From an uncultured bacterium (GTDB taxonomy: Bacteria > Patescibacteriota > Minisyncoccia > UBA6257 > GWB1-50-10): a stretch of 64,000 nucleotides of DNA. The notes under the pieces are model-generated. The model did no database searches. It had not been told where the DNA came from and was given only the letters and a program-made list of their open reading frames with translations. A program made the position numbers and the translations under genes. This document shows positions 28,817 to 38,550 of the stretch, piece after piece (positions within the stretch are counted from its first letter, which is position 1; every line of letters begins with the position of its first letter). The DNA lies in assembly GCA_963768835.1 (NCBI GenBank), contig CAVYJB010000002.1:362466-426465 (forward strand), given 5' to 3'.

Positions 28817-29146
28817 GTGTCTATTTCTCGACTCACGCTCTACACCATCGCGGGCAACGACGATATTCTCATTGCCCATGCCGGTCCGGACGAGAAGACA
28901 GGGAAGTATTCAGGATGGATCACGCACGGCGCGGAACGATATTGTCGTCCAATCGTAAACACCGATGCCCGGTACGACACCCCCGCAGAGGCGGAAGCTG
29001 CCATGAGAGAACTCGTGAAGATCGCAAAGGCGTTCACAGATGGGGATCTGAAGGACCCCGAGAACCCGATTGTGCAACTCTTCGCGCGCCCCGAAGGGAA
29101 GATCGTCCAGAAAATTGTGGAACTATCAAAGCTCAAAGCGCCGTAA
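28817..29146 (+). CDS. Hypothetical protein
   Basis: GTG start after GGAGG; terminator AAAGCGCC-GTAA-GGCGCTTTTTT overlaps the stop. Confidence 0.75.
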   Translation: MSISRLTLYTIAGNDDILIAHAGPDEKTGKYSGWITHGAERYCRPIVNTDARYDTPAEAEAAMRELVKIAKAFTDGDLKDPENPIVQLFARPEGKIVQKIVELSKLKAP

Positions 29147-29234
29147 GGCGCTTTTTTATTTGACGTTGTCTATGAATCCGCTATACTTGCCTTCGTACCC
29201 CTAGGGATTCGAGCCCCGGGGCAAATTCTGTTAT

Positions 29235-31752
29235 ATGCAGGACAAAATCATCATCAAGGGGGCCCGGGAGCACAACCTGAAGAACATCAACCTCACGATT
29301 CCGCGGGGGAAGATGGTCGTGTTTACGGGGCTCTCGGGGTCCGGGAAGTCCTCGCTCGCCTTCGATACCATCTTCGCGGAGGGCCAGCGTCGGTACATCG
29401 AATCCCTCTCCGCGTACGCGCGGCAGTTTTTGGGCCGCTTCGACAAGCCGGACGTGGACGAGATCGAGGGACTCAGCCCCGCCATCTCCATCGACCAGAA
29501 GAGCCACTCCGCGAACCCGCGCTCGACCGTGGCCACCATCACGGAGATCTACGACTACCTCCGCGTGCTTTTCGCGCGCGTGGGGCAGCCATTCTGCCCG
29601 CGGTGCGGCCGCGCCATCCAGAAGACTCACGAACGAGGAGATAGTGGACATCGTGGCCGACGCGCCAAGAATCGCAACGACGGACAAGAAAATCGTGCTC
29701 CTCGCGCCCGCCGTGCGCGGCCGGAAAGGGGAGTACTACCAGATGCTCTACGACTTCCTGAACGCGGGTTTCAGCGAGGTGCGCATTGACGGGAGTTCCA
29801 ATCGCTCCGGGAGCGCGTCGAACTCTCGCGCTACAAGCAGCACACCATCGAGCTCGTCGTGGACCGCATCCCCTCGATGCTCGACTTTACGAACAAGGAC
29901 CACCGGCTGCGGCTCTCGGAGGCCGTGGAGTCCGGTCGAAGTACGGAAACGGGGTCGTGGCGTTCTGGACGAGGAGGAAGTCTCCCTCTCCGCGCAGTTC
30001 ACCTGCCCCGTGACGGTTTCTCGTTCCCCGAGATTGAGCCGCGTCTCTTCTCCTTCAACAGCCCGTACGGCGCCTGCCCGGCGTGCAACGGCTCGGCGAC
30101 GAAAGCATCTGGTCCGAGAAGATCTGCCCCGTCTGCCTCGGCAAGCGCCTGGAAGAAAGGCCCTGAACGTTCTCGTGGGCGGGAAGAGCATCGCGGCGGT
30201 CGCGGCGATGCCCATCGACGACGCCGACGCGTACTTCGCGAAGCTGACGCTCCCAGATCGAAGGCGAAGGCGGAGTCGCCGAAGCCCCGCTCCGGGAGAT
30301 TACGGACCCGGCTCAAGTTCATGGTGGACGTGGGGCTGGAGTACCTGACGCTGGAACGGAAGGCGGGCACCCTCTCGGGCGGGGAGGCCCAGCGCATCCG
30401 GCTAGCATCCCAGATCGGCTCGCGCCTCACCGGCACGCTCTACGTGCTCGACGAGCCCACCATCGGTCTCCATCAAAGGGACAACGCGAAGCTTCTCGAG
30501 ACCCTCCACGAGCTTCGCGATCTCGGGAATACAGTCCTGGTCGTGGAGCACGACGAAGAGACCATCCGCTCCGCGGATTACCTCGTGGATATCGGTCCCG
30601 GCGCGGGCGTGCACGGCGGCCGCATCGTCGCGGAAGGCCCCATCCCGGAGGTGCTGAAAGACAGAAGGATACGGAGTCCCTGACCATCGAGTACCTGAAC
30701 GGAAGAAAGTTTATCGAGGTGCCGCGCGAGCGCCGCGCGGTGAAACGGGACCACGAAAGTCTGAAGATCCGCGGCGCGACGGCGAACAATCTCCAGAATC
30801 TCGATCTGGATATACCCCTGCGGCGCTTCACGGCCGTGACGGGCGTCTCGGGTTCCGGGAAATCCACCCTTGGTCTACGACATCCTTTTTAAAACCCTCT
30901 CGAACAAGTTCAACGGGTCGGCGTACAAGGTGGGGGCGCACAGGGCGCTCCTGGGGGCGGAGTATATCAACCGCATCGTGAACATCGACCAGTCTGCCAT
31001 CGGCCGCACGCCGCGGTCGAACCCCGCGACCTACGTCGGCGCCTGGACCTTCATTCGGGACCTCTTCGCGGCGTCGGAGGATGCGCGCGTCCGCGGCTAC
31101 AAGCCTGGCCGGTTTAGCTTCAACGTGCGCGGGGGGCCGTTGCGAGAACTGCGAGGGGCACGGCCAGATCGCCATTGAGATGCACTTCCTGCCCACGGTC
31201 TACGTGACCTGCGACGTCTGCAAGGGGAAGCGCTTCGACCGCGAAACGCTCGAGGTCGAGTACAAGGGCAAGAACATCCATGAGGTGCTCCAGATGACGG
31301 TGGAGGAGGCAGTCACGTTCTTTGAAGACATCCCCTGGCTTTTCGACCGGCTGAAGATCCTGGATGAGGTGGGGCTGGGCTACATCGAGCTTGGCCAGTC
31401 CGCGACGACGCTCTCGGGCGGGGAGGCCCAGCGCATCAAGCTGGGGGCGGAGCTCGGCAAGCGCGACACTCGGCGCACCCTTTATCTCTTGGACGAACCG
31501 ACGACGGGGCTCCATTTCGCCGATGTCCAGCACCTCTTGAATGTCCTGAACCGCCTTGTGGATCGCGGCAACACTGTGGTGGTCATCGAGCACAATTTGG
31601 ATGTCATCAAGACCGCCGACTGGGTTATCGATCTGGGGCCCGACGGTGGCGAGAAAGGCGGGAAGCTGATCGCGGTGGGCACCCCGGAGGCGGTTTCTAA
31701 AAAAGTGGGCAGCGCGACGGCGCCGTATCTGCGGAAAGTTCTGAAAGCATAG
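29235..31752 (+). pseudogene. uvrA: Excinuclease ABC subunit A, multiple frameshifts (possibly assembly errors)
   Basis: [40 protein letters not shown] twice, [14 protein letters not shown] and EHNLDVIK lie in different frames. Confidence 0.9.
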
Positions 31753-31759
31753 AAAAATT

Positions 31760-31787
31760 AAGGCACCCGAGGAAAGGGTGCCTTTTG
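31760..31787. terminator. Probable bidirectional terminator between convergent genes
   Basis: AAGGCACCC-GAGGAAA-GGGTGCCTT-TTG. Confidence 0.75.
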
Positions 31788-31806
31788 TTCTGTTATCGAT
31801 AGTCTC

Positions 31807-32319
31807 TCATGTCCTTTTGGAGGCGCTTGGTATTTCGCGTCTGGGGCTACTCGAGTTTCGGTACATCCGTTCGATTCTTCGCGCGATTTTCGGCGCGAAC
31901 TCCGTGCAGCGGAGTGTCGGCAACGTGACCAGGTACAGGACCGCTCCGAGAACCAGGCCGCCGCAAACTCCTCCCACGAGCCCGATGAGAAACACAAAAA
32001 AGAAGGTTCCACAAATGGCCGAGAACGAGTCTGTGAAGATGCCTCGGATCACGGCGAACATGAGCGCGTTCCACACACTCCCGACGCCCACGAAAAGGAG
32101 GCCGCTGAAGAATCCTGGGGGTGTTGCCCGGAGAAGCGCTAGCCCCAGGAGTACGGCGACGGTCGCACCGGAGATGATACCAAGTACGACGTCGCTTTTG
32201 CCGACGGGTTCGATGCTGAACGGTTTGAATATGTCTGCAAGAACGAACGCCATCGCGGGGAGCAGGAACGTACCGAGAAATCCCAGCCGCCCATGCTTGA
32301 AAGTAATCCATCGCTTCAT
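31807..32319 (-). CDS. Hypothetical membrane protein
   Basis: About four TM segments; GAGGTG SD; reverse-strand promoter TTGACG-18-TACAAC at 32407-32378. Confidence 0.75.
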   Translation of the reverse strand: MKRWITFKHGRLGFLGTFLLPAMAFVLADIFKPFSIEPVGKSDVVLGIISGATVAVLLGLALLRATPPGFFSGLLFVGVGSVWNALMFAVIRGIFTDSFSAICGTFFFVFLIGLVGGVCGGLVLGAVLYLVTLPTLRCTEFAPKIARRIERMYRNSSSPRREIPSASKRT

Positions 32320-32500
32320 TGGAGCACCTCTTGATATGTGAGTGGGATGGAAATATAGAGTGATATGAGCTGAGAACGTTGTACCACTAGTAAGACCATC
32401 GCGTCAACTCGTTGGTGGCACAGGGCCCAAAAAGAAGCAGGCCGTTCTGACGAAAGGCCTGCTGTGGAGAGGGGGACCATCGGAGGGAGGCGGCGAGGCC

Positions 32501-32935
32501 TCATACGGGCCGCGCGGCGGGCTGGGGCAACCTCGCGGGGTTCTTGAAGGGGCCGCAGACCCACTCGACACACCAGGCGATGCAGAAGAGTATCGCGCCG
32601 GCAACGAGTCCGTAGGAAAGGCCTGCCACCACATACACGACCGATACGACGAACGTCGCGAGAGTCCCGATTGCTCCATCCCCGATAACCATCGCGGTGA
32701 TGAAGCTGAACAAGACACCACCGAGGCCCAACAGAAGGAACAGGAGCCTGAGGGACGGAGGGTCGGGTGTCCGCATCCGGACCATCCCGGCCGCGATGAC
32801 CGTTCCGAGTATGTACACGGTGATATCCTCGAGCTCCTTGTCTCTTGTATAGGAGTTCTTCCAGAAGGTGCCGAAAATGAGCGCGGTGGCGAGGAGGAGG
32901 ACTGCGATGGCGAGAACAGACAAGATCCGTTTCAT
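32501..32935 (-). CDS. Hypothetical membrane protein
   Basis: About four TM segments; GGAGG SD; reverse-strand promoter TTGACG-17-TAAAAC at 33006-32978. Confidence 0.75.
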   Translation of the reverse strand: MKRILSVLAIAVLLLATALIFGTFWKNSYTRDKELEDITVYILGTVIAAGMVRMRTPDPPSLRLLFLLLGLGGVLFSFITAMVIGDGAIGTLATFVVSVVYVVAGLSYGLVAGAILFCIAWCVEWVCGPFKNPARLPQPAARPV

Positions 32936-33047
32936 AAAACCTCCGTGGGTTGTGGTTGGATGAGATGATCTGTGCTCGTTTTACTCCCGAACTGCGAGGG
33001 CGTCAACTCATTTGAGCGCGGGGCGGTTTTGCGCAATGATGGTGGGT

Positions 33048-34256
33048 ATGAAAGAGGAGAAGCTCTATAGCCATCTTCCTGACACCCCCGGCGTCTACCT
33101 CATGAAGGACGCCGTAGGGAGGATTCTCTATATCGGCAAAGCGGGCAATCTAAAGCGCCGCGTCTCAAGCTATTTCCAGAAAGCCCACGAGTACCGTATC
33201 GAGAAGCTCGTCTCCGAGATCCGGAAGATCGAGTACCGTCCGACCGACTCGGCGCTCGAGGCTCTGATTCTCGAATCCGCGCTCATTAAGAAGCACCAGC
33301 CCTTCTATAACATTCGCGAGAAGGACGACAAGAGTTTCCTCTATGTGGAAATCACGAAGGAGAAGTACCCGCGGGTGCTTCTGGTGCGCGGCAAGGAGCT
33401 CGCAGCGCAGAGCCGCGGAACCATCTTCGGTCCCTTCACGTTCGCCTCGAACCTGAAGGAGGCGCTCCGTATCCTCCGGCACATCTTTCCGTGGAACACG
33501 CATGACCCGGAAGCGCTCGCGAAATTCAAACGGCCCTGCTTCGATTACGAGATAGGGAACTGCCCGGGGGCTTGCACGGGTAGGCTCACGACGGGCGAGT
33601 ACGCGAAGACCGTGCGGTACATCCGCGACTTCTTCCGGGGCAAGAAGCAGGCGATTCTCCGATCGCTTGAGCGGGAGATGAAAGCGGCGGCGAAGAAGCT
33701 CGAGTTCGAGAAAGCTGCGCGGCTCCGCGGGCAGGTGTTCGCACTCCGGCATATCCGGGACACCGCGCTCATCAACAAGGATGAGTTTGGTGATTTTGAC
33801 GGCAGGCAGAGTTCACCGCGGCGGATCGAGGGCTACGATATCTCGAACATCTCCGGAACCTCTGCCGTCGGCTCGATGGTGGTTTTCACGGGCGGGGAGC
33901 CCGATAGGAACGAGTACCGCAAGTTCCGCATCCGCTGGATCACACAGTCGGACGACACAGGGATGCTGCGCGAGGTCATCGGACGCCGGTTGGGGAACGA
34001 CTGGCCCCTGCCGGATCTCATGCTCATCGATGGCGGTAAGGGCCAGGTGCACGCGGCGGAGACCGTGCTTTCCGAACATGGGGTGCGGATACCGGTCGTG
34101 GGTATCGCGAAAGGCCCGGAGCGCAAGAAGAATGAATTCATTGGAATGGTACCGAAGTGGGCAGACGAGAAAGTGCTCATCCGTATCCGGGACGAAGCCC
34201 ATCGGTTTGCGATTTCATATCATCGGACGCTGCGGGGCCACAGATCGCTGCAGTAG
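33048..34256 (+). CDS. uvrC: Excinuclease ABC subunit C (short form, no HhH domain)
   Basis: GIY-YIG (GVYLM...YIGKA), UVR motif FEKAARLR, EGYDISN, IDGGKGQ, RDEAHRFAI. Confidence 0.93.
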   Translation: MKEEKLYSHLPDTPGVYLMKDAVGRILYIGKAGNLKRRVSSYFQKAHEYRIEKLVSEIRKIEYRPTDSALEALILESALIKKHQPFYNIREKDDKSFLYVEITKEKYPRVLLVRGKELAAQSRGTIFGPFTFASNLKEALRILRHIFPWNTHDPEALAKFKRPCFDYEIGNCPGACTGRLTTGEYAKTVRYIRDFFRGKKQAILRSLEREMKAAAKKLEFEKAARLRGQVFALRHIRDTALINKDEFGDFDGRQSSPRRIEGYDISNISGTSAVGSMVVFTGGEPDRNEYRKFRIRWITQSDDTGMLREVIGRRLGNDWPLPDLMLIDGGKGQVHAAETVLSEHGVRIPVVGIAKGPERKKNEFIGMVPKWADEKVLIRIRDEAHRFAISYHRTLRGHRSLQ

Positions 34257-34391
34257 AAAAAGGTAAATGGTACAAGGACCGCAGGGGGATCACGGGAGGG
34301 GCTTGCTTTTCAAATACCCCAATGATACTTTTTAGTTCCGTGGCAGTTGCCACGTGGTGTTCATCACATACATTCACTAGAGGAGTGAGTC

Positions 34392-34619
34392 ATGGAGAAG
34401 CAGAGCTTCTTCTACTCCAACACTCATCATTCCGAGTCACACGGACTGCATGGAAACCAGCCGCTCGCAACCGAGCATTTTCTGGGAGTACCTTCCAGCC
34501 GCCCGAGTGGGTTCGAGTCGGTCACCAGGTTCCCTGGTCACACTGATTTCAGTGGCCAGAGCACGCTGGATATGTTCCGGCCCGGCGGGAGCATGAGCCT
34601 TCCCACGCGGTTCCCGTGA
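34392..34619 (+). CDS. Small hypothetical protein (75 aa)
   Basis: AGAGGAG SD, TGATACT -10 at ~34323, hairpin plus T tract at 34631-34675. Confidence 0.55.
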   Translation: MEKQSFFYSNTHHSESHGLHGNQPLATEHFLGVPSSRPSGFESVTRFPGHTDFSGQSTLDMFRPGGSMSLPTRFP

Positions 34620-34721
34620 GGGATGGAGATGGAGCGAAAAACGGGCGGCGCCTACTCGGGCCGCTCCTTTTATTTATACACAGTGAAAGGAAGGACGCTT
34701 GGAAAGGGTATAATAGATGGA

Positions 34722-36383
34722 ATGACATTAGCTGAAGAACTAAAGGCGTTCCTCCACGGCGATGTGGCGGATGATGATGTGACGCTCGCGAAATACAGCC
34801 GCGACGCGAGCTTGTTTGAGGTCCGCCCGAAGGTGGTGGTGTATCCGAAGGATCGCGAAGATGTAGAGAGTCTCGTGAAATTCGTGGCGGAGCGTAAGAA
34901 GACCGATCCCAGCATCTCGCTCACGGCGCGCTCCGCGGGCACTGACATGTCGGGCGGGCCTCTTTCGGAATCCATCGTGGTGGACTTCATGCGTTACTTC
35001 ACTCAAATCCTTCAGATAGGGGACCGCGTCTCCGTTGAAGGAGGAGTCCAGATGGGTTTCGGTACGGTCGAGCCTGGCGTCTTCTACCGCAACTTTGAGA
35101 AAGAAACCCTGAAGCAAGGGTATCTGTTCCCGTCCTATCCCGCCTCCCGCGAGCTCTGCGCCATGGGCGGCATCGTGAACAACAACTCGGGCGGCGAGAA
35201 ATCTCTCGTGTACGGAAAGACGCAGGACTATGTGATGGAGATGAGGGTGGTTCTCGCAGACGGGAAAGAGCACCTGCTCAAGCATCTTACGGTGTCCGAC
35301 CTTGAGAGTAAGATCGCGGCCGGCGGTTTTGAGGGGGAACTCTATGGAAAGCTTCGGGACCTTTTCGAGAAGAACTACGACCTCGCGAAGCGCGCGAAGC
35401 CGCAGGTCACAAAGAACTCCGCCGGGTACAACGTCTGGGACGTCTGGGACCGGCGCACCTTCGATATCACGAAGCTCCTCGTGGGCGCGCAGGGGACGCT
35501 CGGTCTCATGACCGAGGCGACGCTCGCGCTCGTGCGGACGAAGCCCTGCTCGGGGATGCTCGTCATCTTCATGGACGACCTGAAAGTGGGCGGCATCGTG
35601 AACGAGGTCTTGCCCTTCGAGCCCTCGAGCTTCGAGTCCTTCGACGACCACACGCTCCGCTTGGCCTTGAAGTACCTCGGGGGGTTCGTGAAGCTGCTTG
35701 CGAAGAATCCCTTCTCGCTCGCGCTCGCATTCCTCCCGGAGTTCTGGATGGTGCTCACGCATGGGATGCCGAAGCTCGTTCTCATGGTCGAGTTCGAGGA
35801 GGTGGACCAGGCGACGGTGGACCAGAAGCTCCGCGACCTTCAGACAAAGCTCCGCGCCTTCCCGGTTCGGATGCGCCTCGCAAAGACCAAGGACGACGCG
35901 CGGAAGTACTGGGCTATCCGCCGCGAGAGCTTCAATCTGCTCCGCCAGAAGGTGAAGGGGATGCAGACGGCGCCGTTCGTGGACGACCTTATTGTGGCTC
36001 CGGAGCACCTGCCCGAGTATCTGCCGAAGCTCTACGCCATTCTCGACCGCTACGGATTCCTCTACACCATCGCGGGCCATATGGGGAATGGCAACTTCCA
36101 CGTGATACCCTTGATGCACCTCCAGGACGAGGCGGAGCGTGCAAAAATACGCCCGGCCATGGAGGAGATCTATGCGCTCACCTTCCAATACGGCGGTTCC
36201 ATGACCGCGGAGCACAACGACGGTCTTATCCGCTCGCCTTTTCTCCCGCAGATGTTCGGCAAGGAGGTCGTGGAACTCTTCGCGGAGGTGAAACATATTT
36301 TCGATCCGGAGAACATCTTCAACCCTGGGAAGAAAGTGGACGCCTCGCTCCCGTACGCGCTGGAGCACATGAAACGCTCCTGA
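34722..36383 (+). CDS. FAD-linked oxidoreductase (GlcD/D-lactate dehydrogenase-like)
   Basis: YSRDAS, RSAGTDMSG, GGIVNNNSGG, GAQGTLG, GHMGNGNFH, AEHNDG, FDP.NIFNPGK. Confidence 0.9.
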   Translation: MTLAEELKAFLHGDVADDDVTLAKYSRDASLFEVRPKVVVYPKDREDVESLVKFVAERKKTDPSISLTARSAGTDMSGGPLSESIVVDFMRYFTQILQIGDRVSVEGGVQMGFGTVEPGVFYRNFEKETLKQGYLFPSYPASRELCAMGGIVNNNSGGEKSLVYGKTQDYVMEMRVVLADGKEHLLKHLTVSDLESKIAAGGFEGELYGKLRDLFEKNYDLAKRAKPQVTKNSAGYNVWDVWDRRTFDITKLLVGAQGTLGLMTEATLALVRTKPCSGMLVIFMDDLKVGGIVNEVLPFEPSSFESFDDHTLRLALKYLGGFVKLLAKNPFSLALAFLPEFWMVLTHGMPKLVLMVEFEEVDQATVDQKLRDLQTKLRAFPVRMRLAKTKDDARKYWAIRRESFNLLRQKVKGMQTAPFVDDLIVAPEHLPEYLPKLYAILDRYGFLYTIAGHMGNGNFHVIPLMHLQDEAERAKIRPAMEEIYALTFQYGGSMTAEHNDGLIRSPFLPQMFGKEVVELFAEVKHIFDPENIFNPGKKVDASLPYALEHMKRS

Positions 36384-36491
36384 GGGCCGGAACGGGGGCG
36401 TATTGACATGGCACCCCTTTGGGTGCTATGCTCATTCTCGGCTCTTCAAAAACGCTTCATTTCACTCATAAAACCAATATACGGGGGAAGG

Positions 36492-36884
36492 ATGGAAGGG
36501 AGTACTACCGCAAAAGCACGTTCCGCAGTTTTGCACAGGAACGGGCATGACCGCCTCACGAATGAGGCTCTCTTGGATCGTCTGACTCTCGCGTCAACAA
36601 AACGCGAGGAGGAAGATCTCGCAACCAAGCTTGCGCTCGAAGTTCTGCGTCGCGTGGCCTACCGACGATGGCCCCGCGCGCTTTCCAGGCTTCAGAGGTT
36701 AATTACTGTGGCGCGACGCGTGGAGATCAAAGGGAAGGACCACCGGATCGATTCCATCGGGGGAGAACCTGTCTCCGTCAGGAAGTTGGAGGCTCTTCGG
36801 CGGAAACTATCCGATATGCTTCCGAAAGAACTTGCAGCACCCCGGGGGAAAGCCGCCCCCGACCCACAGCCCCAACACCCATAA
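36492..36884 (+). CDS. Hypothetical basic protein
   Basis: Promoter TTGACA-18-TATGCT at 36403; GGGGG/AAGG SD. Confidence 0.6.
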   Translation: MEGSTTAKARSAVLHRNGHDRLTNEALLDRLTLASTKREEEDLATKLALEVLRRVAYRRWPRALSRLQRLITVARRVEIKGKDHRIDSIGGEPVSVRKLEALRRKLSDMLPKELAAPRGKAAPDPQPQHP

Positions 36885-36902
36885 ACCATAAGGAGAGGTT
36901 GC

Positions 36903-37148
36903 ATGCTGACGACCATTCCCTTCAAGGAGCTGCCCACCGAGGAGCTCAGAAACGCCGTTTCCCACTTCCAGAGCCAAATGCGGATATTCCCCATCGGAAG
37001 CCCCGTACGAATGAAGTTCGAAGGTCAGATCCGAGAGCTGAAGAAAGAAGTGAACGCGCGGGTGCGTCGTGCAAGAGAAAACCGGGAGCAGCAGATACCG
37101 CCGTTCCTGGCTCTCAACCAGATGAGCCTGCATCCGTCGCAACGTTAA
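36903..37148 (+). CDS. Small hypothetical protein
   Basis: TAAGGAG SD; terminator at 37173-37212. Confidence 0.65.
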   Translation: MLTTIPFKELPTEELRNAVSHFQSQMRIFPIGSPVRMKFEGQIRELKKEVNARVRRARENREQQIPPFLALNQMSLHPSQR

Positions 37149-37265
37149 CGATATTTCGATCAGATGAGAACCGAGGACCTCGTGCCATGCGCACCTGGTC
37201 CTTTTTATTTTTCCACAGCTACCCCGCGCTTGCCGGATTCAGATACGCGGGGTACAATGCGGACA

Positions 37266-38543
37266 ATGTCGAAACGCGCAAAACTCGTCGCGCTCTTCTT
37301 TCTCCTCGTTGCCGTCTCCATCGTTGCGGCGGCGTTCGATTACCCGCCGGTCTGGCAGAAGTTCGGCGGTTCTCGGCCTTGGACCCTCGGCCTCGATCTC
37401 GCGGGCGGGAGCGTTCTCACGTATGATATCGATCTTTCGAGCGTGGCCGCGGCGGACCGCGATTCCGTGGTGAGCGGTCTCCGGGACGTCATCGAGCGGC
37501 GCGTGAATCTTTTCGGGGTCAGCGAACCTCGCGTGTATACCGAGAATGTCGGCGGCACGAGCCGCCTTGTGGTGGAACTCGCGGGCGTCAAGGACATCTC
37601 CACGGCGGTCGCCCAGATCGGCGCGACGCCGCTCCTCGATTTCCGGGAGCTCCAAGAAGTGGGCACCTCGAGCGTGCAGTTCATCCCCACCGCGCTCACC
37701 GGCCGCTACCTCACGAGCGCGCAGGTGGGGCAAGACACCGTGAGCGGGCGCCCCATGGTGCTTCTGCAGTTCAACGACCAGGGTTCGCAGATTTTCTCAG
37801 ATTTGACGGGCAAGGACATTGGGAAGCGCCTCTGCATTTTCCTTGACAACCAGATTCGCAGCATCGACATCGACTGTCCCGTCATCCAGTCGCAGATCAG
37901 CGGCGGCCGGGCGCAGATCACCGGCGATTTCACCTACGCGGACGTGCAGGCCCTGGTGCAGCGCTTCAATGCCGGCGCGCTCCCGGCCCCCATCAAGCTC
38001 GTGGACCAGCAGACCGTCTCGCCGGACTTCGGAAAGAACTCGCTCGACCGCGCCATCATCGCGGGTCTCATCGGCACCGCCGCCGTGATGCTCTTCATGC
38101 TCATCTACTACCGTTTCCTCGGTATCTTCGCCGTGAGCGCGCTTCTCATGTACATCGCGCTCACCCTCGCGGTTTTCAAGATCGTGCCCGTCACGATGAC
38201 GCTCGCGGGCATCGCGGGATTCGTGCTTTCCATCGGCATGGCCGTCGATGCGAACATCCTTGTCTTCGAGCGCACGAAGGAGGAGCTCCGCCGCGGGCTC
38301 ACCCGCGCGGCCGCCATCGAGGAGGGATTTCGGCGCGCGTGGCCTTCCATCCGGGACTCCAACATCTCGACCATCATCACCTCGGCCGTGCTCTACTACC
38401 TCACCTCGAGCTTCGTGAAGGGCTTCGCGCTCTCGCTGCTCCTAGGCGTTCTCCTCAGCATGTTCTCGGCCATCACGATCACGCGGACGATGCTGCGCCT
38501 GTTCCTCCGCGACCATCCCTCGTCCGCCGCGCCCGCGAAATAA
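37266..38543 (+). CDS. secD: Protein translocase subunit SecD
   Basis: LGLDLAGG, IERRVNLFGVSEP, GALP.P, GMAVDANILVFER, RDSN. Confidence 0.95.
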   Translation: MSKRAKLVALFFLLVAVSIVAAAFDYPPVWQKFGGSRPWTLGLDLAGGSVLTYDIDLSSVAAADRDSVVSGLRDVIERRVNLFGVSEPRVYTENVGGTSRLVVELAGVKDISTAVAQIGATPLLDFRELQEVGTSSVQFIPTALTGRYLTSAQVGQDTVSGRPMVLLQFNDQGSQIFSDLTGKDIGKRLCIFLDNQIRSIDIDCPVIQSQISGGRAQITGDFTYADVQALVQRFNAGALPAPIKLVDQQTVSPDFGKNSLDRAIIAGLIGTAAVMLFMLIYYRFLGIFAVSALLMYIALTLAVFKIVPVTMTLAGIAGFVLSIGMAVDANILVFERTKEELRRGLTRAAAIEEGFRRAWPSIRDSNISTIITSAVLYYLTSSFVKGFALSLLLGVLLSMFSAITITRTMLRLFLRDHPSSAAPAK

Positions 38544-38550
38544 CTTTCCC

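Noticed and set aside
29187-29224. Reverse strand resembles a tRNA 3' half (GGGGCTCGAATCCCTAGGGGTAC), a possible att remnant
   Set aside because: The T-loop is non-canonical (CTCGAA), there is no anticodon or D arm and no integrase; it also folds as a simple hairpin in the uvrA leader.
34507-34527. GGGTTCGAGTC...ACCA looks like a tRNA T arm
   Set aside because: No T-stem or cloverleaf pairing, and it lies inside an SD-led ORF.
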